Positions 1 to 15,842 of a stretch of DNA of 64,000 nucleotides are shown here, in pieces (the stretch's first letter is position 1; every line of letters begins with the position of its first letter). The translations under genes and the position numbers were made by a program. Where the stretch lies: contig OZ024750.1 of the NCBI GenBank assembly GCA_964016885.1, positions 49,290,001-49,354,000 of the forward strand. Direction: 5' to 3'. The notes beneath the pieces are model-generated. The model saw only the letters and a program-made list of their open reading frames with translations. It did not search any database and had not been told where the DNA came from. This DNA is from Eledone cirrhosa (lineage: Eukaryota).

Positions 1-952
1 ATGTTATTTAGATACTGATATATCAAATCAAATTTATGTGAAACATATATTTGAGCATATACATGCTTAAGTACGCAATGGACGCAACAAACTGTCAGAA
101 AATATTTTCTATTACACATATACACATACTGAAACACATACGCACACGCATACGTGCAACTGCATATATATATATATATCATTATATATAGGTGTATATG
201 AGGGTTGGTTTGAGTGTGTACATGTTTATGTGTGTGTATGTGTGTGTATGCGTGCTATGTTCGTATACACAGGTGTACAATTTAAATGAAACATGTATAA
301 ATATTTAATTGCAATATAACCTCATCTCATTTATTGTTCCTGGAGAATTTAATTAAGTTTAACTGTCAGATGCCAACTCTAATTGAACAAATGTATATTG
401 CGCAATGAAAAGAAAAGAAAAAAATAATAATCAACATGTTTGTATTATTTCTTATGAAGTTAAAGTCTGAATGAATGGATGGAAATCAATAAAATGTGTA
501 ACGAAGATCGTCTTTAGTGATTGTATTGGCATTTGATCTTTAACCGGGATATTGGTAGTGACTATTGGCCTGCAAATAATCGTTCACTGAATAGAAAACA
601 CACTACACCATCATAATATTTTATTGCTAGTAAATAAAAAATAAATTGTTGTGGATAAATATCAATATCCGAGTAGTATAGCTTAAATAACACTTCAGAG
701 GAAATGATTTGCTTCTCTATAAAAAAGAAAGATGAAATAGAAAACTGTGAGTTAATTGAATTATTGTCTGCATTAAAACGATCCTTTACATCAACAGTAA
801 TTATTTACAAAAGTTAACCTAGAAATTATAGCTCAATAATTAATGAAGTTTAGATTTACACTAATCCAACTTACGAAGCATCAACATGATTAAATGTGAA
901 ACAATGCTTTACCCCCTCACACACATACATACATACATATATACATATATAC

Positions 953-1007
<55 letters not shown>

Positions 1008-1009
<2 letters not shown>

Positions 1010-1617
1010 ATACAATAACAGAAATAGTTTAAAGCTAAACTCTGACTGGTAACCATCTCACTCAACAAACATTAGGTTATATTAAAATATAAACCCAATT
1101 TAAGTGTTTGGGGTGCTAACAATATGTATAATGTGGAAAAACCAGTTGTATTATTTTATGAGATATAATTAAAGTTAAAGTATATCTCTATTTCCAAACA
1201 ATTGTTTCATTATAAGTTTTCTACAAGTTTGGGAGAATGTTTCCAGTTTATGTAGAAGCCTAATATATAGTCATGTAAGAATATATTTAGGTGGGCACTT
1301 ATAAATCCTCAGTGGAAGCCCATTAAACATTGAAATAAGAATACAATTTGCTACCGATGTCAAAAATCATGTCCGTAAAGTTGGTCTCTCTCACCTCGAA
1401 TGACCGCTAAATTTGAAATTCCAGCAGTTTCTGACTGAGGAAGTATCATAGCGAGACGAAGCGGGAAGGGGAGACAACTCACGAAATGAGGAAAAAATAA
1501 TAATATACACGCGGGTTAATTAGTTTTTTTGAAAACATTATCAATCCAACGTGTTTAAGAACTCAATTGAAAATAAAAAAAATAAATATATGCTTGTATA
1601 AATTACACACGCATATA
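1008..1617. repeat. ~610-bp dispersed repeat abutting (TA)n; second diverged copy at ~38078-38680
   Basis: Shared blocks such as ctaaactctgactggtaaccatctcactcaacaaacattagg, ggtgggcacttataaatc and gggttaattagtttttt are colinear in both places; both copies start at a TA tract. Confidence 0.75.
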
Positions 1618-1714
1618 GATATTTTCTTAGGCTAAATCAGAAGTTGTACCCGAATAAGAACCGCTTCTCATAACCGCAGTAAATGCAGAACATTATATAT
1701 ATATATATATATAT

Positions 1715-2137
1715 ATAAACAAGCAAATTTTAAACGTAAACATGTAAGTAAGTTTTTGAAACGGTGCGCGAGTTTGAAATTAGAAATTATAAGCTTTCAC
1801 CGTATTTTAGACTAAAGAAATTTCTAGCCTGATAGTGGGGTTTATAACCCTCGGAGAAATGGAAAAAAATGAGTGCTGCCGTACATGGGAGTCGAACCCA
1901 CATCTTTGGTTATCCGACCCACTGTGCTACCATTACACCAATACACATCCCATCTCCTTCCATTCGAATTAGAAGCTATGAACTTAGCAAGTGAATGATA
2001 AACAAGCAAATTATAAACGTAAACATGTAAGTATGTTTTTGAAACGGAGCGCGAGTTTGAAATTAGAAATTAGAAATGATAAGCTTTCACCGTATTTTAG
2101 ACTAAAGAAATGTCTAGCCTGATAGTGGGGTTTATAA
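1715..2137 (-). repeat. 1.5 tandem units (period ~283 bp) containing a tRNA-like segment
   Basis: ataaacaagcaaat recurs at ~1715 and ~1998; minus strand ~1874-1946 has TGGTGTAATGG (A box-like) and GGTTCGACTCC (B box-like); related fragments at ~51450-51530 and ~51760-51820. Confidence 0.65.
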
Positions 2138-2335
2138 TCAGAGCAAACAACACGGACGCTCTATCTCAAAATTATTTTTGAAAAGCATTTAGAAATGCGC
2201 AACCGGTAAAAACTTAAAAACTTAAAACCACAACTGAATACTAACCCATACAATTACTAATACTCTTTTATTCCTAATTAAACTACTTTTCAACTGTGAA
2301 CAATTTGTCAGCATTTTCTATTCCGTTTACCAATA
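2137..2335. repeat. Dispersed ~200-bp repeat family D, TA-anchored (also 9797-10010, 10027-10232, 16567-16725, 34762-34950)
   Basis: Recurrent tattggtaaacggaatagaaaatgctgacaaattg...accggttgcgcatttcta...gagatagag in both orientations. Confidence 0.8.
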
Positions 2336-2350
2336 TATATATATATATAT

Positions 2351-3290
2351 ATGGGAAAATGTTTAACCCCGACAGCAGAGCTCAAGCCGTTTCGACGGTT
2401 AATTCTGGACTAAATTAGAATATCGTGGTAATAATGGCCGAAATATTCAAAGGGTAATTCCTTATATGGGAAGATTGTAGATGTCAAAAGGATTGGTAAA
2501 AATTTCTTGTAAACACAATTAAATTTTTCATGGCAATGCGTGGGGGCGGGGGTAGTGGCTGAACTTGCCTGTAGAACAATGAGGGATTGGGTGAAGCCGG
2601 TCAAGCGTTGAAAGTGAATTATATACACCAAATTCTAGGGATTGTGTATGAAATTAGGCTAGTTAGGAAGCAAGCGATAACGAATGCTGTAAGTGGGACG
2701 TTATAGAATTAAAAGGTTAATAAATTGAGATTAAAAGATAATAAATAAAAAAATAATAAATAATAAAATTAAATAGTAAAAATAGTTTTAAAATATATCT
2801 AGAGTCTAAAGCAATTGCTATATGTTTAGCTGGTATTACGTTTTCGGCCAATGCTATGTATAATTTACTGGGGTGGGGATACTGATGCTACAAAAGTCCG
2901 ATGGGCTACCTTGGGTTAGGCGAAAGAGGAAAAAACGAAAGGAAAAGAAGAGGGAGGGGAAGGAAGTGATAAGAAGAGATAAAGGGAAGAAGAAAAGAAA
3001 AGAAGTGCATCTACCTATGTATGCTGGGGTTTCCCCTATCTTTTTCGGCAAGTGGGGAAAAGAAGGATGTTGCAGCCATTGCCTTCCCACCCGACTCATG
3101 AGGGTGGTTCAGGGCAAGGTAAGTCCGACGCAATAGGTGTTTACATGCAGTTACATGTTCGTCTTTTTTGTTTAGGAATTGGTCCGTCGTAAACAACATT
3201 TGTAATATTTCCTCCGAGCATAGGTTACACGGACGGCGTCCTCCTGTGTAGGAGTTAGCCCTGGACAGTAAGCTAATTTCATACACACTC
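2351..3290 (-). mobile_element. 5'-truncated Penelope-like element (GIY-YIG C-terminus + 3' UTR + degenerate HHR), with an inverted partial 3' end at ~3405-3666
   Basis: ORF 3011-3286 SRANSYTGGRRPCNLCSEE...FLNKKDEHVTACKH is homologous to the C-terminus of ORF 26140-28038 (ARARSYNGNKRPCDLC...ILNKKSEAISVCKH); flanked by (TA)n. Confidence 0.8.
2364..2457 (-). ncRNA. Degenerate type I hammerhead with long helix II (family C)
   Basis: Minus strand: TTACCCT-TTGAATA(degenerate core)-...AATTAACCGTC-GAA-ACGGC TTGAGCTCT GCTGT-C-GGGGTTA; the 3' half GAAACGGC..GCCGTC GGGGTCC recurs at ~48201 and ~52601. Confidence 0.45.
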
Positions 3291-3670
3291 CTAAGAATTT
3301 GCTATATAAATTCCCTTTCAACGATTTACCGGCTCCACCCACTCCATCACTGTTCTTCTTTAAGTTCAGCCACCCCCACCCTCACATCACACACCCACTA
3401 CCATGAAAGATTTAATTGTGTTTACAAGAAAATTTGACCAATTCTTTTGATAACTACAATCTTCACATATAAGGAATTACGTTTCGAAAAGTTCGACTAA
3501 TTATTACCACGCTAAAAATCCTAATTAGTCCAGAAATAGCCGTCGATACCGCCCGAGCTCTGCCGTGGGTGTTAAACATTTTCTTATTACTCACTCTACT
3601 ACCCTAAATGTTGCGTACTCAGGTGCGTTATGGTCCATCTGGTTCCTTACCACACTTCCTTCGTTATATA

Positions 3671-3736
<66 letters not shown>

Positions 3737-3915
3737 CATATGTGTGTGTAAGTATATATATAAATGTATGTATGTGTATGCTCACACATATGTATATGCT
3801 CATACATATAGGAAGGTAGGGAGAAGAAGATGGAGAGAGAAGAAAATAGAGACAGTCTGATACACACACAAACCTACACCCCCCCAGCGACCCCAACCCC
3901 CAACACACATGCACG

Positions 3916-4001
<86 letters not shown>

Positions 4002-4939
4002 CAGGCACAATGAGATTTGTTGAAAGAGAAAATTAGATGCAATACGATCAAATATACGCACGAATACATTCGTTTCTCGTACATTTCTTAAAGAGACACC
4101 TTTGGAATATTATTAACGACGAGACATACTTTATTGGTGTATCGTACTTTCAATGTTGTTGCATAAATAATTAAGTTTTTGATTAACTACATTCATAAGA
4201 AATATAAATATTTATTTCAATTATGTTTTTCTATTAATTTCATTGACATCATTGTTATTCATAATGCAATTTATTTTGTCCCAGGCTAAAATATATTACA
4301 CTATGTCTTTAGATGTAAATCAATGTACAAAATACCAATAGTTTTAATATAAGCTATATTAATATAAGCTATATAGAGTAAAAAAATAACATCGAGTGAC
4401 CGATAAGAGAATACAAATTATGTTCGAAAATGTATCTCCGTTATTTCAAAGAAATACAATTATTAGTTTTATGACACAGACATGGCTGGGTGGATAATAA
4501 CTTCGCTTTACAATCATTTGAACGGAAGCAGATTAAAATCCCGTCGGGTGGATTGTATCTCTAATAGAATGTGCTAAAGATGTTGATGCAGTGATACGCC
4601 TATTCGGATTGAGAATACTTCAACTCATACATGTTGAACATCTAAATGGCACTCATCGAAACCAACGGAGTTTCCATAATTACAAATGTAATTCCAATCC
4701 AAATTTCTAGAAATATATATTATGCTAACTGCATGAACTCGTAATTTCCGTTGGAGTCGTAGAGAGCGGCGCTGTAGTGGCAAACGGTGTGTCATAGACA
4801 CTTTAAACCGTAGGGAACCCATTCCATTTCCAGATCCGAGCACTACTGGTTTCTCTTCAAGAGAAGAAGATATAGAAAGTGAGAAAGAAGAAGACAGGGG
4901 GAAAGTTGTGTAAAAGGATTGTTTGTATAGGTGTGTCTT

Positions 4940-5200
4940 GGCATTTAGGGTATCCGGCTTAGAATCGTAAGGCCAGGTATTTATTTTCCAGCTGCACATT
5001 GTATCTTTAAATAAACCAATTTATTTCACGTTGTTCCAGTCCATTGAGCTGAAGGAAAAAATCGCATTTCACATGAAATTCTGAGCGCCTATCTATTCAG
5101 ATAATGTCATATCGAACTTCCCTTAGAGTTACATTTAGCAGGAATCTAAGTTATATGTACAATCACTTTTAAGTAAATTTCAAGGGCCTGTATCGTGAGA
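4940..5200 (+). mobile_element. Decayed tRNA-derived CORE-type SINE
   Basis: Colinear with the 12937 copy (tcgtaagg.., tttatttcacgttgttcca, caagggcc). Confidence 0.5.
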
Positions 5201-5539
5201 GATCAACAGTTTCAATACAATCGCACGTCATAGATTTTCGAATATAATTCGAACATGCATCCTGCTGTGATGTAACAGAATTGTGTTAATAACGTTTATA
5301 TATATTTCTCCAAACGAAGATGGTATTATAAGGCTATCATATCCGTATATATCTGCAAGTAAATATTATCTAACTATCTAAATACATATATATGTATATA
5401 TACATATATTATTATACTTTCGGAGGCTCAAGTTGCCAATAAAACACGCACGTCTTTTTATTGGCAACATGGCGCCCCCAAATTATAACAATCTATATAT
5501 ATATATAAATAAATGGAATAGAATGAAACGAAATTTCAT

Positions 5540-6046
5540 TCCTCACTCTTAGTACGGCGCTTACTTAAATGTAAGTATATATGTATACCTACAGACATAT
5601 ATGTATACAGACGTACAGTAGTATGTATATACACACATAGCTATTCATTCTATACCATTTATCGTTTTCGGTGTGCCCGGTCGACTGAACTCACGCGATA
5701 TACAAATTAGGCTGCTCAGCCGTTAATATGCATAAGGAAAGTATATAATTTCAGACGTTCAACTATCTGGCAGGAAGGTATATGATGCTGACGACAGCTA
5801 ATAAGCTTGAAACTAGTACATCGTTCCTGTGTCAGTGTTGAACAAAAAGGTAACGTGGTTGCCTAAACAATGTACGGCGTAATTCGGGCTTTTTGTTTGT
5901 TTACACACAAACAAACCGAGCATTATAATACATGTTCGGTAAACCGATACGTGCATATGTATATATATGTGTGTGCATGTGTGTATATATATACATACTA
6001 CTGTACGTCTGTATACATATGTGTATGTACGTAAACATACTTGCAT
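5540..6046 (+). repeat. HHR-bearing repeat family N (~420-bp unit), one copy
   Basis: Colinear with the tandem units at 49530-50555; fragments at 44453-44640 and a fold-back at 47316-47670. Confidence 0.8.
5784..5822 (+). ncRNA. Minimal type I hammerhead ribozyme (family N)
   Basis: GATG-CTGACGA-C AGCT AATA AGCT T-GAA-ACTAGT-A-CATC: helix I GATG/CATC, palindromic helix III, GUA cleavage triplet. Confidence 0.85.
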
Positions 6047-6048
6047 TT

Positions 6049-6082
<34 letters not shown>

Positions 6083-6084
6083 AT

Positions 6085-7300
6085 AGTTATACTTGGGGAG
6101 GCTCATAATTGCGTAATATTGCCTGAATTAATAACAGAACACACTCACAGTTTGCTTGGTTTTCGCTTTTCGCTTCTGTGTCTTTTATATCGGTAATCTA
6201 ATTTATTCGGTCCTCAATGTTGCCATTGACTGACCAACGGTCAAAAATAATACAGATACAATATAGACACAAACACATATATATAGTTTATCAAAGTTCT
6301 TTTGTTGCACATCTGCAACATCGTCAGTGGTGCTATTGTTTCCTCCTGTTACATTGTATTTTCTACGCCATCTTTATTTAGTCTGTTTATATATTTATTT
6401 ATTTGTTTATTTTATTTTGTCTTCTTTGCGCATGCGTTTGCGTGTGTGTATAGTGTTTTGTTTGATGTGTGTTCGTGATTGGCTGACTGTGTATTGGTTA
6501 ATGTATTCTATATTTACTAGTGTGTGTGTATATGTGTTTGTTGTTATTGTGCTTGTGTATGTATTTATTTATTTATCTATTTATTTATTTATTTATACTT
6601 TTCTTAAGTCAGTCTTGTTTGTTTGGGTGTTGTTGTTATTCCATTCATTCTTTCTGTTTAGCCTTGGCCTTCTAAGTTCTATTTCACTGGCCTCTCTGAT
6701 TTGCCTATCTGCTATGTCATTTCTATGTTTAGATATTATTCTAATTTCTATGTTGTCTATGTTACCGTCGTGTTGTTGTCTGGCATGTTCGTCAGTACTA
6801 TACGAACATGCCAGACAACAACAGGTGCAATAAACATAAATGAATTCCAACCAAAATTAAATAGAAAGCATGAATGGAATAGCAACATCACAACTTATAA
6901 TTAATGACACAATGAAAAGACTCACACTAATAGAACAAACAACCAACCAGTAACATGTAAATAAACAAATAAATAAACAAATATAAACACACACAGACAC
7001 CCGGATGTAACACATGCGCAAACTAAACACACAACACACACAAAAACAAGATGGCGTAGGACAGAACAAAGGAGAGGCACAAAAACAAAGAAAATAATCC
7101 CCCAGTCACTGAAGAGGTCACATAATGTGTGACGACAGAACTTTAACAATATATGAACAATCGTTTGGTTGTGGAACCAACCAACACACCGAAAATTTAT
7201 AAATTCCTAAATTTATAAATTTAATTTATAATAAATTAAAGTGAAAGCAACTGGTGCGTGTGTTTCTTATTGGCAACATGACCCTCCCACAGTATTACAA
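6085..7300. mobile_element. Two inverted 3' fragments of PLE family B (GIY-YIG tail + 3' UTR + degenerate HHRs)
   Basis: Minus 6593-6790 encodes HARQQHDGNIDNIEIRIISKHRNDIADRQIREA; plus ~6826-6904 encodes AININEFQPKLNRKHEWNSNITTYN; local hairpin 6771-6823; degenerate HHR at ~7104-7148; another fragment at ~7360-7830. Confidence 0.75.
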
Positions 7301-8985
7301 TATATATATATACATTTGTTTTGCAAGGTTTTTGATATGAAATCGCGTGTCTAAACAAATATTGTTATACTTGGGGAGGGTCATATTGTTATATTGCAAA
7401 AAATAGTAACAGAACACACTCACTCTTCGGTTTGGGTTGGTTTGCCTTTCTGTATCTTTTATAACCCCTCAGTTAATTTATTTGACATTCAATGTTTATC
7501 AGTGATTGACCGACGGTTGAAAATACAGGTATAAATATAAATATATAGTCTATCAAATTTCTTTCGTCACACATCTGCGACTTCATCAGTGGCACTTTTA
7601 TGTTGTATTGTAGAGCCTACGCCATTTTTATTTTATATATTTATTTAATTATTTATTTATTCATTCTTGTCTCTGTCTCTGCGCATGCGTTTGCGTGTGT
7701 GATTACTCTTTGGTGTGTGTGTTCTAGTTTGAGTGTATGTGTTTCTGTTTCTGTATTTTATCTTTGTTCACTAGTGTTTGATTATATGTGTTTGACGTTA
7801 TTGTACTTAAATAACATTTATTTATTGATTTATTAATTAGTGCAGCCCTCCTATAAATCATCGAGAGACCAGCGAGCTGTTCCATATGCTTGGAATAAGA
7901 TAAAACCCTTTAAAAGCATGCAATGACAGGATATCATATTAATCCCGATATCGGGGTGTCGGGCTATTTAATAGTACAAAATAGAAACTGCCCCTCTTGT
8001 AGTCTTAGACGGAGGTACCTCTACTGAATTGCATTCCTATTCATGTCATACTGGTTATACTGGTAGAATGCACTGTCACAATGTACAATAAAATTAAACT
8101 TGAAACTATATAGTTGTGAAGTTGTTAAAGTACATACAAGAGAAATCCTTTAATTTAATATGCGAACATTTACATAGACCTTGCATACATTGTGCCAAAT
8201 ATATTCAATATATATAACAGAATGTTATATTACTTTAAATATTGGTATTAAAAAGTGATAATTAATCATTGCTAATACACGAAAGCTCGCAAATAGACTG
8301 AAATTATCAAGACAACTGAGTTCATCATTATCATAAGAAAATAATAATTTTTAAAACAAATAGGAAATGCATTTTAATTTAATTATTATACTGGCATTAA
8401 CAAAATATGAAAAGTTTACCTTAGAAATATGTATGAATATTAAATGAGTTTACAGGGGAAATAAAATGTAACAAAACACAGTGTCAAGTTCCATGTAAAG
8501 AAAATGAATTGCACAAATGTTTTCTGAATGACGGTGTGTAAGCTGTGTAAGCTAACGATATGCGAAGGGCAAAGAGTTAGAATTCACTAATCGGAAATAG
8601 ATACGAAAAGCGATTGTAAAACAAAAGGAAACAGGAATGTTGGTAATGGATTGCAAGAATAAATAATAACAGGTAGACATCATAAAAAAGGTAATTTATT
8701 CCGAGTGCTTACAAATGTTTCAACAGTAGTTATATAGCCTAGTCATGCTATGTGCAAATTGGTAATTATTTGTAATTATTTGCAGAAACTCAATTTCCAA
8801 ATTCTGCTTCCACCGTTTCTTCAGAGCAGAATGGTTAAAATGTAAATACCTTTTATTTCTTAAAGTAATTTATTGGGGAAAATAGAGTAGAAAAGGAAGA
8901 GAGAAAGAAGGGAGAGAGAGAGAGAGAGAGTGAGATTGAGTGAGAGGGGGAGAAAGAGAGATAGATAGATAGATATATAGATAGA

Positions 8986-9035
<50 letters not shown>

Positions 9036-9083
9036 GAGAGAGAGAGAGAGAATGATAGAGAGAGATATGTAGGGGTTGGAGAA

Positions 9084-10672
<1,589 letters not shown>

Positions 10673-10841
10673 TTTATATATATATATATTGTTATACTTT
10701 GAGGGTCATGTTGCCAATAAGAAACACACGCACCAGTTGCGTTCACTTCAATTTATTATATATTTATAAATTTACAAATTCATAATTTTATAAATTTCTG
10801 GTTGGTTGGTTGGTTCCACAACCAGATAGTTGTTTATATAT

Positions 10842-10886
10842 AGTCATAGTCCTTTCGTCACACACTCTGTGACCTCTTCAGTGACT
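10842..10886 (-). ncRNA. Minimal type I hammerhead (family B)
   Basis: Minus: AGTCA-CTGAAGA-G GTCACA GAGTG TGTGAC-GAA-AG GA CT-A-TGACT. Confidence 0.75.
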
Positions 10887-11096
10887 GGGGATTCCTTTCT
10901 TTGTTTCTGTGCCTCTCCTTTTTTCTGTCTTACGCCATTTTGTTTCTGTGTGTCTTGTGTGCTCAGTTTGCGCATGCTCCACATCCGGGTGTCTGTGTGT
11001 ATTTATGTTCATTTATCTAATTGTTTATTTATTTATTTATTTACATGTTATTGGTTGTTTGTTTGTTCTATGTGTGTGTGTGTTTTCATTTTGTCC

Positions 11097-11414
11097 TTAA
11101 TTGTAAGTTGTGATATTGCTGTTCCACTCATATTTTCTATTTAATTTTGGTTGTAATTCTTTTATGTTTATTGCCTCTGTAATTTGTCTAAACATTGCAT
11201 CTCTTCTGTGTGTAGATTCTATGTTTATTTCTATGTTCTCTAATTTACCCTTGTGTTCTATCTTAGCATGTTGGTAGAGTACAGATGATTCTTTATTATC
11301 TTGAAGTTCTCGCCAGTGTTCATTTATCCGTCCCCCTATACTACGAGCTGTATCACCTATGTACACTATATTTTTGTTTCTCCATTGTCCTTCAGTACAT
11401 CTTATGCTATACAC
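11097..11414 (-). pseudogene. GIY-YIG endonuclease domain of a Penelope-like element (truncated)
   Basis: xxY...YIG motif, conserved R, EH, E and N residues of GIY-YIG; no RT upstream. Confidence 0.8.
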
Positions 11415-11673
11415 TACATTTCTAGTTTTACAGTTAACATGGGGGCTTATTTTACAGGTTATACTTTTCTTATCTATACATGAGGGTCTTTGAAAAGGGT
11501 ATGTCTTGCTAATAAGTGTTTTGTAAATTTATAAATATATAATAAATGGAAGTGAAAGCTACTGGTGCGTGTGTTTCTTATTGGCAACATGACCCTCCCA
11601 AAGTATAACAATATCGGTTTCAACACACGATTTCAGATAAAGAATCTTGCTAGACAAATTCAGAAACGAAATA

Positions 11674-11818
<145 letters not shown>

Positions 11819-11875
11819 ATAATAATAATAAAAGCAGCGATTCTTTACTTAAACTTCAATCTGTTATTTTAATAA

Positions 11876-11943
<68 letters not shown>

Positions 11944-12023
11944 GTTATTCCGGGTTGAATCGGAGGTAACCACAGTAAGTAAGGTACTCAATACATAGCA
12001 GAGTATAACAGTTTTAATATAGA

Positions 12024-12078
12024 TGAGATTCTACAGGACTAGAACTGTTTCATTCATTTGAAATCATCAGGAATCTCA
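12024..12078 (-). ncRNA. Type I hammerhead in a ~140-bp fold-back (12010-12146); mirror copy on + strand 12079-12132; decayed copy ~57381-57427
   Basis: Minus: TGAGATTC-CTGATGA-T TTC AAAT GAA T-GAA-ACAG TTCTAGTC CTGT-A-GAATCTCA; 8-bp helix I, 4-bp helix III, GUA triplet. Confidence 0.85.
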
Positions 12079-12142
12079 GAGAGTCCTGATGATTTCAAAT
12101 GAATGAAACAGTTCTAGTCCTGTAGAATCTCATCTATATTAA

Positions 12143-12252
<110 letters not shown>

Positions 12253-12628
12253 AGTAGTTCATCGGTTACGACGACGGGTGTTCCAGTTGATCCGATCAAC
12301 GGAACAGACTGCGCGTGCAATGAACGTGCAGGTGGCTGAGCATTCGAAAACTTCACGTCCCCTTAACGTAGCTCTCAGGCAGATTCGGCCTTTGGATTTT
12401 ACCATCAATTCCAATGGGTCCAGGTCTGTTTTTATCATTTATTTTGTTTGACCTGTTTAGGTTGATTTGTTGTTTGGCTTAGGTGGTTAATGCCTTCTTG
12501 ACACTTTTTCAGATTTTTTGGCGTTTCAGCACATTGTTTAGCTCTGGTTGTTTAAGCGCTTGCCAGCATAATTCTGATTTTGCGTTACGTTTCGCTTTTT
12601 CTACCCGCCGAAATGCGATTCTCGCTGA

Positions 12629-12693
<65 letters not shown>

Positions 12694-12936
12694 TTGTTAT
12701 AAATTGTGATATATTGTTATATTGTTATATTTGGGAGGGGCCTGCTGCCAATAAATACACAAGCACCTGTTGATTTACACTTCAATTTATTTTACATTTT
12801 CGATTTGTTGGTTGGTTTTTACAATATTCGGAACCAAAGCTATTTCGTCACAAATTCTTTGACCTCCTTTATTTTGTATGATTTGTGCCTCGTTTGCGCA
12901 TGCATTGCATCCGTGTGAGTGAGTTTATTTATTTAA

Positions 12937-13215
12937 GCACATGGCCTTGTGGTTAGGGAATTCGTATCACGATCGTAAGGTCGTGAATTCGATTCCTGGT
13001 GGCGCGCTGTGTCCTTGAGGAAGACACTTTATTTCATGTTGCTCCACATGACTCTGCTGGCAGAAATGAGATGTACCTGTAATTGCAAGGGCCAGCCTTG
13101 TGCCAGTATTTGTCACACCGAATCTGTTTGAGAACTACGTTAAGAGGACGGGAATTTTCGAATGCTCAGCCACCTGCACGTTAATTGCACGCCCAGTCTG
13201 TTCCATTGATCGTAT
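12937..13215 (+). mobile_element. tRNA-derived CORE-type SINE (related pieces at 12257-12390 -, 44660-44775 +, 59690-59810 -)
   Basis: A box tggccttgtgg, B box gaattcgattcc, CORE-like tgtgtccttgaggaagacactttatttca. Confidence 0.7.
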
Positions 13216-13234
13216 CTGTACGTCTTCATCTTGT

Positions 13235-13760
13235 CCTTAATGACTAGTTCTGGCGTTGCTATTCCATTCATATTTTCTGCTCAATTTTGGTTGGAGTTTG
13301 TTTATGTTTGTCGCTTCTTTAATTTGCTTAAGCATTGCATCTTTTCTGTTTGTGAATATAGTTGCTTATATGTATGTTCTCTAATGTGACCCTATGTTCC
13401 ATGTTGGCATGTTGGTCGAGTACCGGTGAGCTTTCCAGTCCTGCAGTTCTTGCCAGTGTTCATTTATCTTTTCTCCTGTACTATGGGCTGACTCACCTAT
13501 ATTTGTTGTGTTCTTATTCCTACAATACCCCCCTCCTAAGTACATGTGATGCTATATGCTACTTTTCTAGTTTTGCAGTATGATTCTGAGTTTAATTTGT
13601 AGACTATATCTTTCCTATCAGTGCAGGGCTTTTGGGGGTATACCTGGTCTTTCAACTACCTCAATATTTAATTATCTTTTCTAGAGGCCTTCTAAATCTC
13701 TAAGCTAGCTCGCCTCTGGGGTTTGCATTGATGAACATTACTCTCTGGTATCTAAGCTAT
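13235..13760 (-). mobile_element. Decayed PLE family B-like GIY-YIG fragment
   Basis: Nucleotide similarity to 11097-11500 (gcattgcatctt, gccagtgttcatttatc, ctacttttctagttttgcagt). Confidence 0.65.
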
Positions 13761-14449
13761 TAAAACATTGTGTGTATATGTGTGTGTCAGTGTCTGTGTC
13801 TGTATGTATTTACACAGTATAGCACCTTCATGATTACATCATATGTCACAATAGTTCTCCAATAGTTTCTTGCACAATCATCATTCGACTGGAATTTATG
13901 GAAATATTTCTAGGAAAACAAAAACTACATAAATTCTTCTATCTTTGTAAATATAATGATTGATTTAGGATCGTCATTGGAAATAATATAAGAAGTCAGA
14001 CATAAAATAGAAATATCAACCTTCATTGAGAAACAATATAATAAAATTATATAATATATCAGTGTGAAAACCCGAGTAGAATTATAAATAGTGTACATGT
14101 CACGCAGAAGACTAATGTAGTCAACAAAAGGAAAGTTCTTTCGAAATTAATCTATTAAACATCTCAGTGAGAAGCAATCGTCAGTCATCAAATAGTTGCA
14201 ACAATTTTCCATGCTTTCGTTTTATCATAACAAACCAAGAATTAATAAGTAATGGTTACTTCCACAGTCACATCTCTCAGCAAATTCTACAAAAGTATGT
14301 TTCAAATATGTGACTGTGCGTGTGTTTATGTGCACGTGCGTGCGTTTCTGTGCGTGCATGCGTATGCATTTATATTTGCAGGTATCTGCATTTATCTGCA
14401 TATTTATGTATGAGCATTTATATTTTTAAGTATATATATATATATATAT

Positions 14450-14511
<62 letters not shown>

Positions 14512-14745
14512 AGTGTAAGTTTCTACACAAAACGAAGGTTATAGAGAAAATTGAGGTTGGTAATGGCACATGGAATATATAAGAGACAGGATACTTTTTT
14601 GTGAAAAAACATATAATTTTATAAGGTAAGGAAATAATTGTTTCTACTTTAGGCACAAGGCCAGCAATTACTGGTACTTTATTTTATCGAACCCGTAAGG
14701 ATGAAAAGCAAAGTCAACCTCGGCGGGATTAAGGAAATAATAAAG

Positions 14746-14822
<77 letters not shown>

Positions 14823-14835
14823 ATATATATATATA

Positions 14836-15330
<495 letters not shown>

Positions 15331-15462
15331 TATATAGATAGATAGATATAGATATAGATATTTCGTATCTCCAAGGAGATACGATTTTAGGAAGCCGTAG
15401 CTATGCGAACACCGTGGGGATAACACCCTCTGGCGATGTCTAGCAGAAGCAAGGGGGACAAC

Positions 15463-15502
15463 CGTCTATGCATTTCAGGCTTAACTGGCCTTCGTTAGGA
15501 CG
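15463..15502 (-). ncRNA. Minimal type I hammerhead, core mutated (CTAACGA)
   Basis: Minus: CGTC-CTAACGA-AGGC CAGTTAA GCCT-GAA-ATGCAT-A-GACG; palindromic helix III. Confidence 0.6.
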
Positions 15503-15842
15503 ATCCTTCCCACCGCTTGCGACTGCTCGACTAGAAGACAGGCGAGAAAATATACTGTTCTCGACTGTGTAAATGAGGTGATTAATCTCATTTGCACATA
15601 AAGCTGCATGGCTCAACTTATAATAAAAAAGGAATAGTATTTCTCTTCAAGCATAGCTTCATACAATATGTATAAATAGTTCGTATTTCCTTGGAGATAC
15701 GAAATATACGATGTATACATGAATATATGTATAGTATACTTGGCAATATACCGTATGTTTAATTACACAGATTTTCAAGACCTCCGCTATCAGTTTTAAA
15801 CTAGTGACTATGGAACTTGCTTCTTTTAGGCGAAAGGAAAGA

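Larger units (their letters stand above)
10687..11670 (-). mobile_element. 5'-truncated PLE family B: GIY-YIG endonuclease + 3' UTR + HHR, with inverted 3' tail (11520-11670)
   Basis: ORF 11097-11414 has YSIRC...VYIGDTARSIGGRINEH...SVLYQH...H...DAMFRQITEAINI...LNRKYEW, a PLE GIY-YIG signature. Confidence 0.85.

Noticed and set aside
1432-1470. CTGAGGA...CGAAGCGG (and CTGACGA...CGAAGCGG at ~38504) as a hammerhead
   Set aside because: No convincing helix I or III and GAAG instead of GAAA
1874-1946. Functional tRNA gene
   Set aside because: Acceptor and anticodon stems pair poorly; embedded in a repeat, so treated as tRNA-derived
6327-6833. 168-aa hydrophobic ORF as a membrane protein
   Set aside because: Antisense reading of the T/G-rich strand of a PLE 3' UTR
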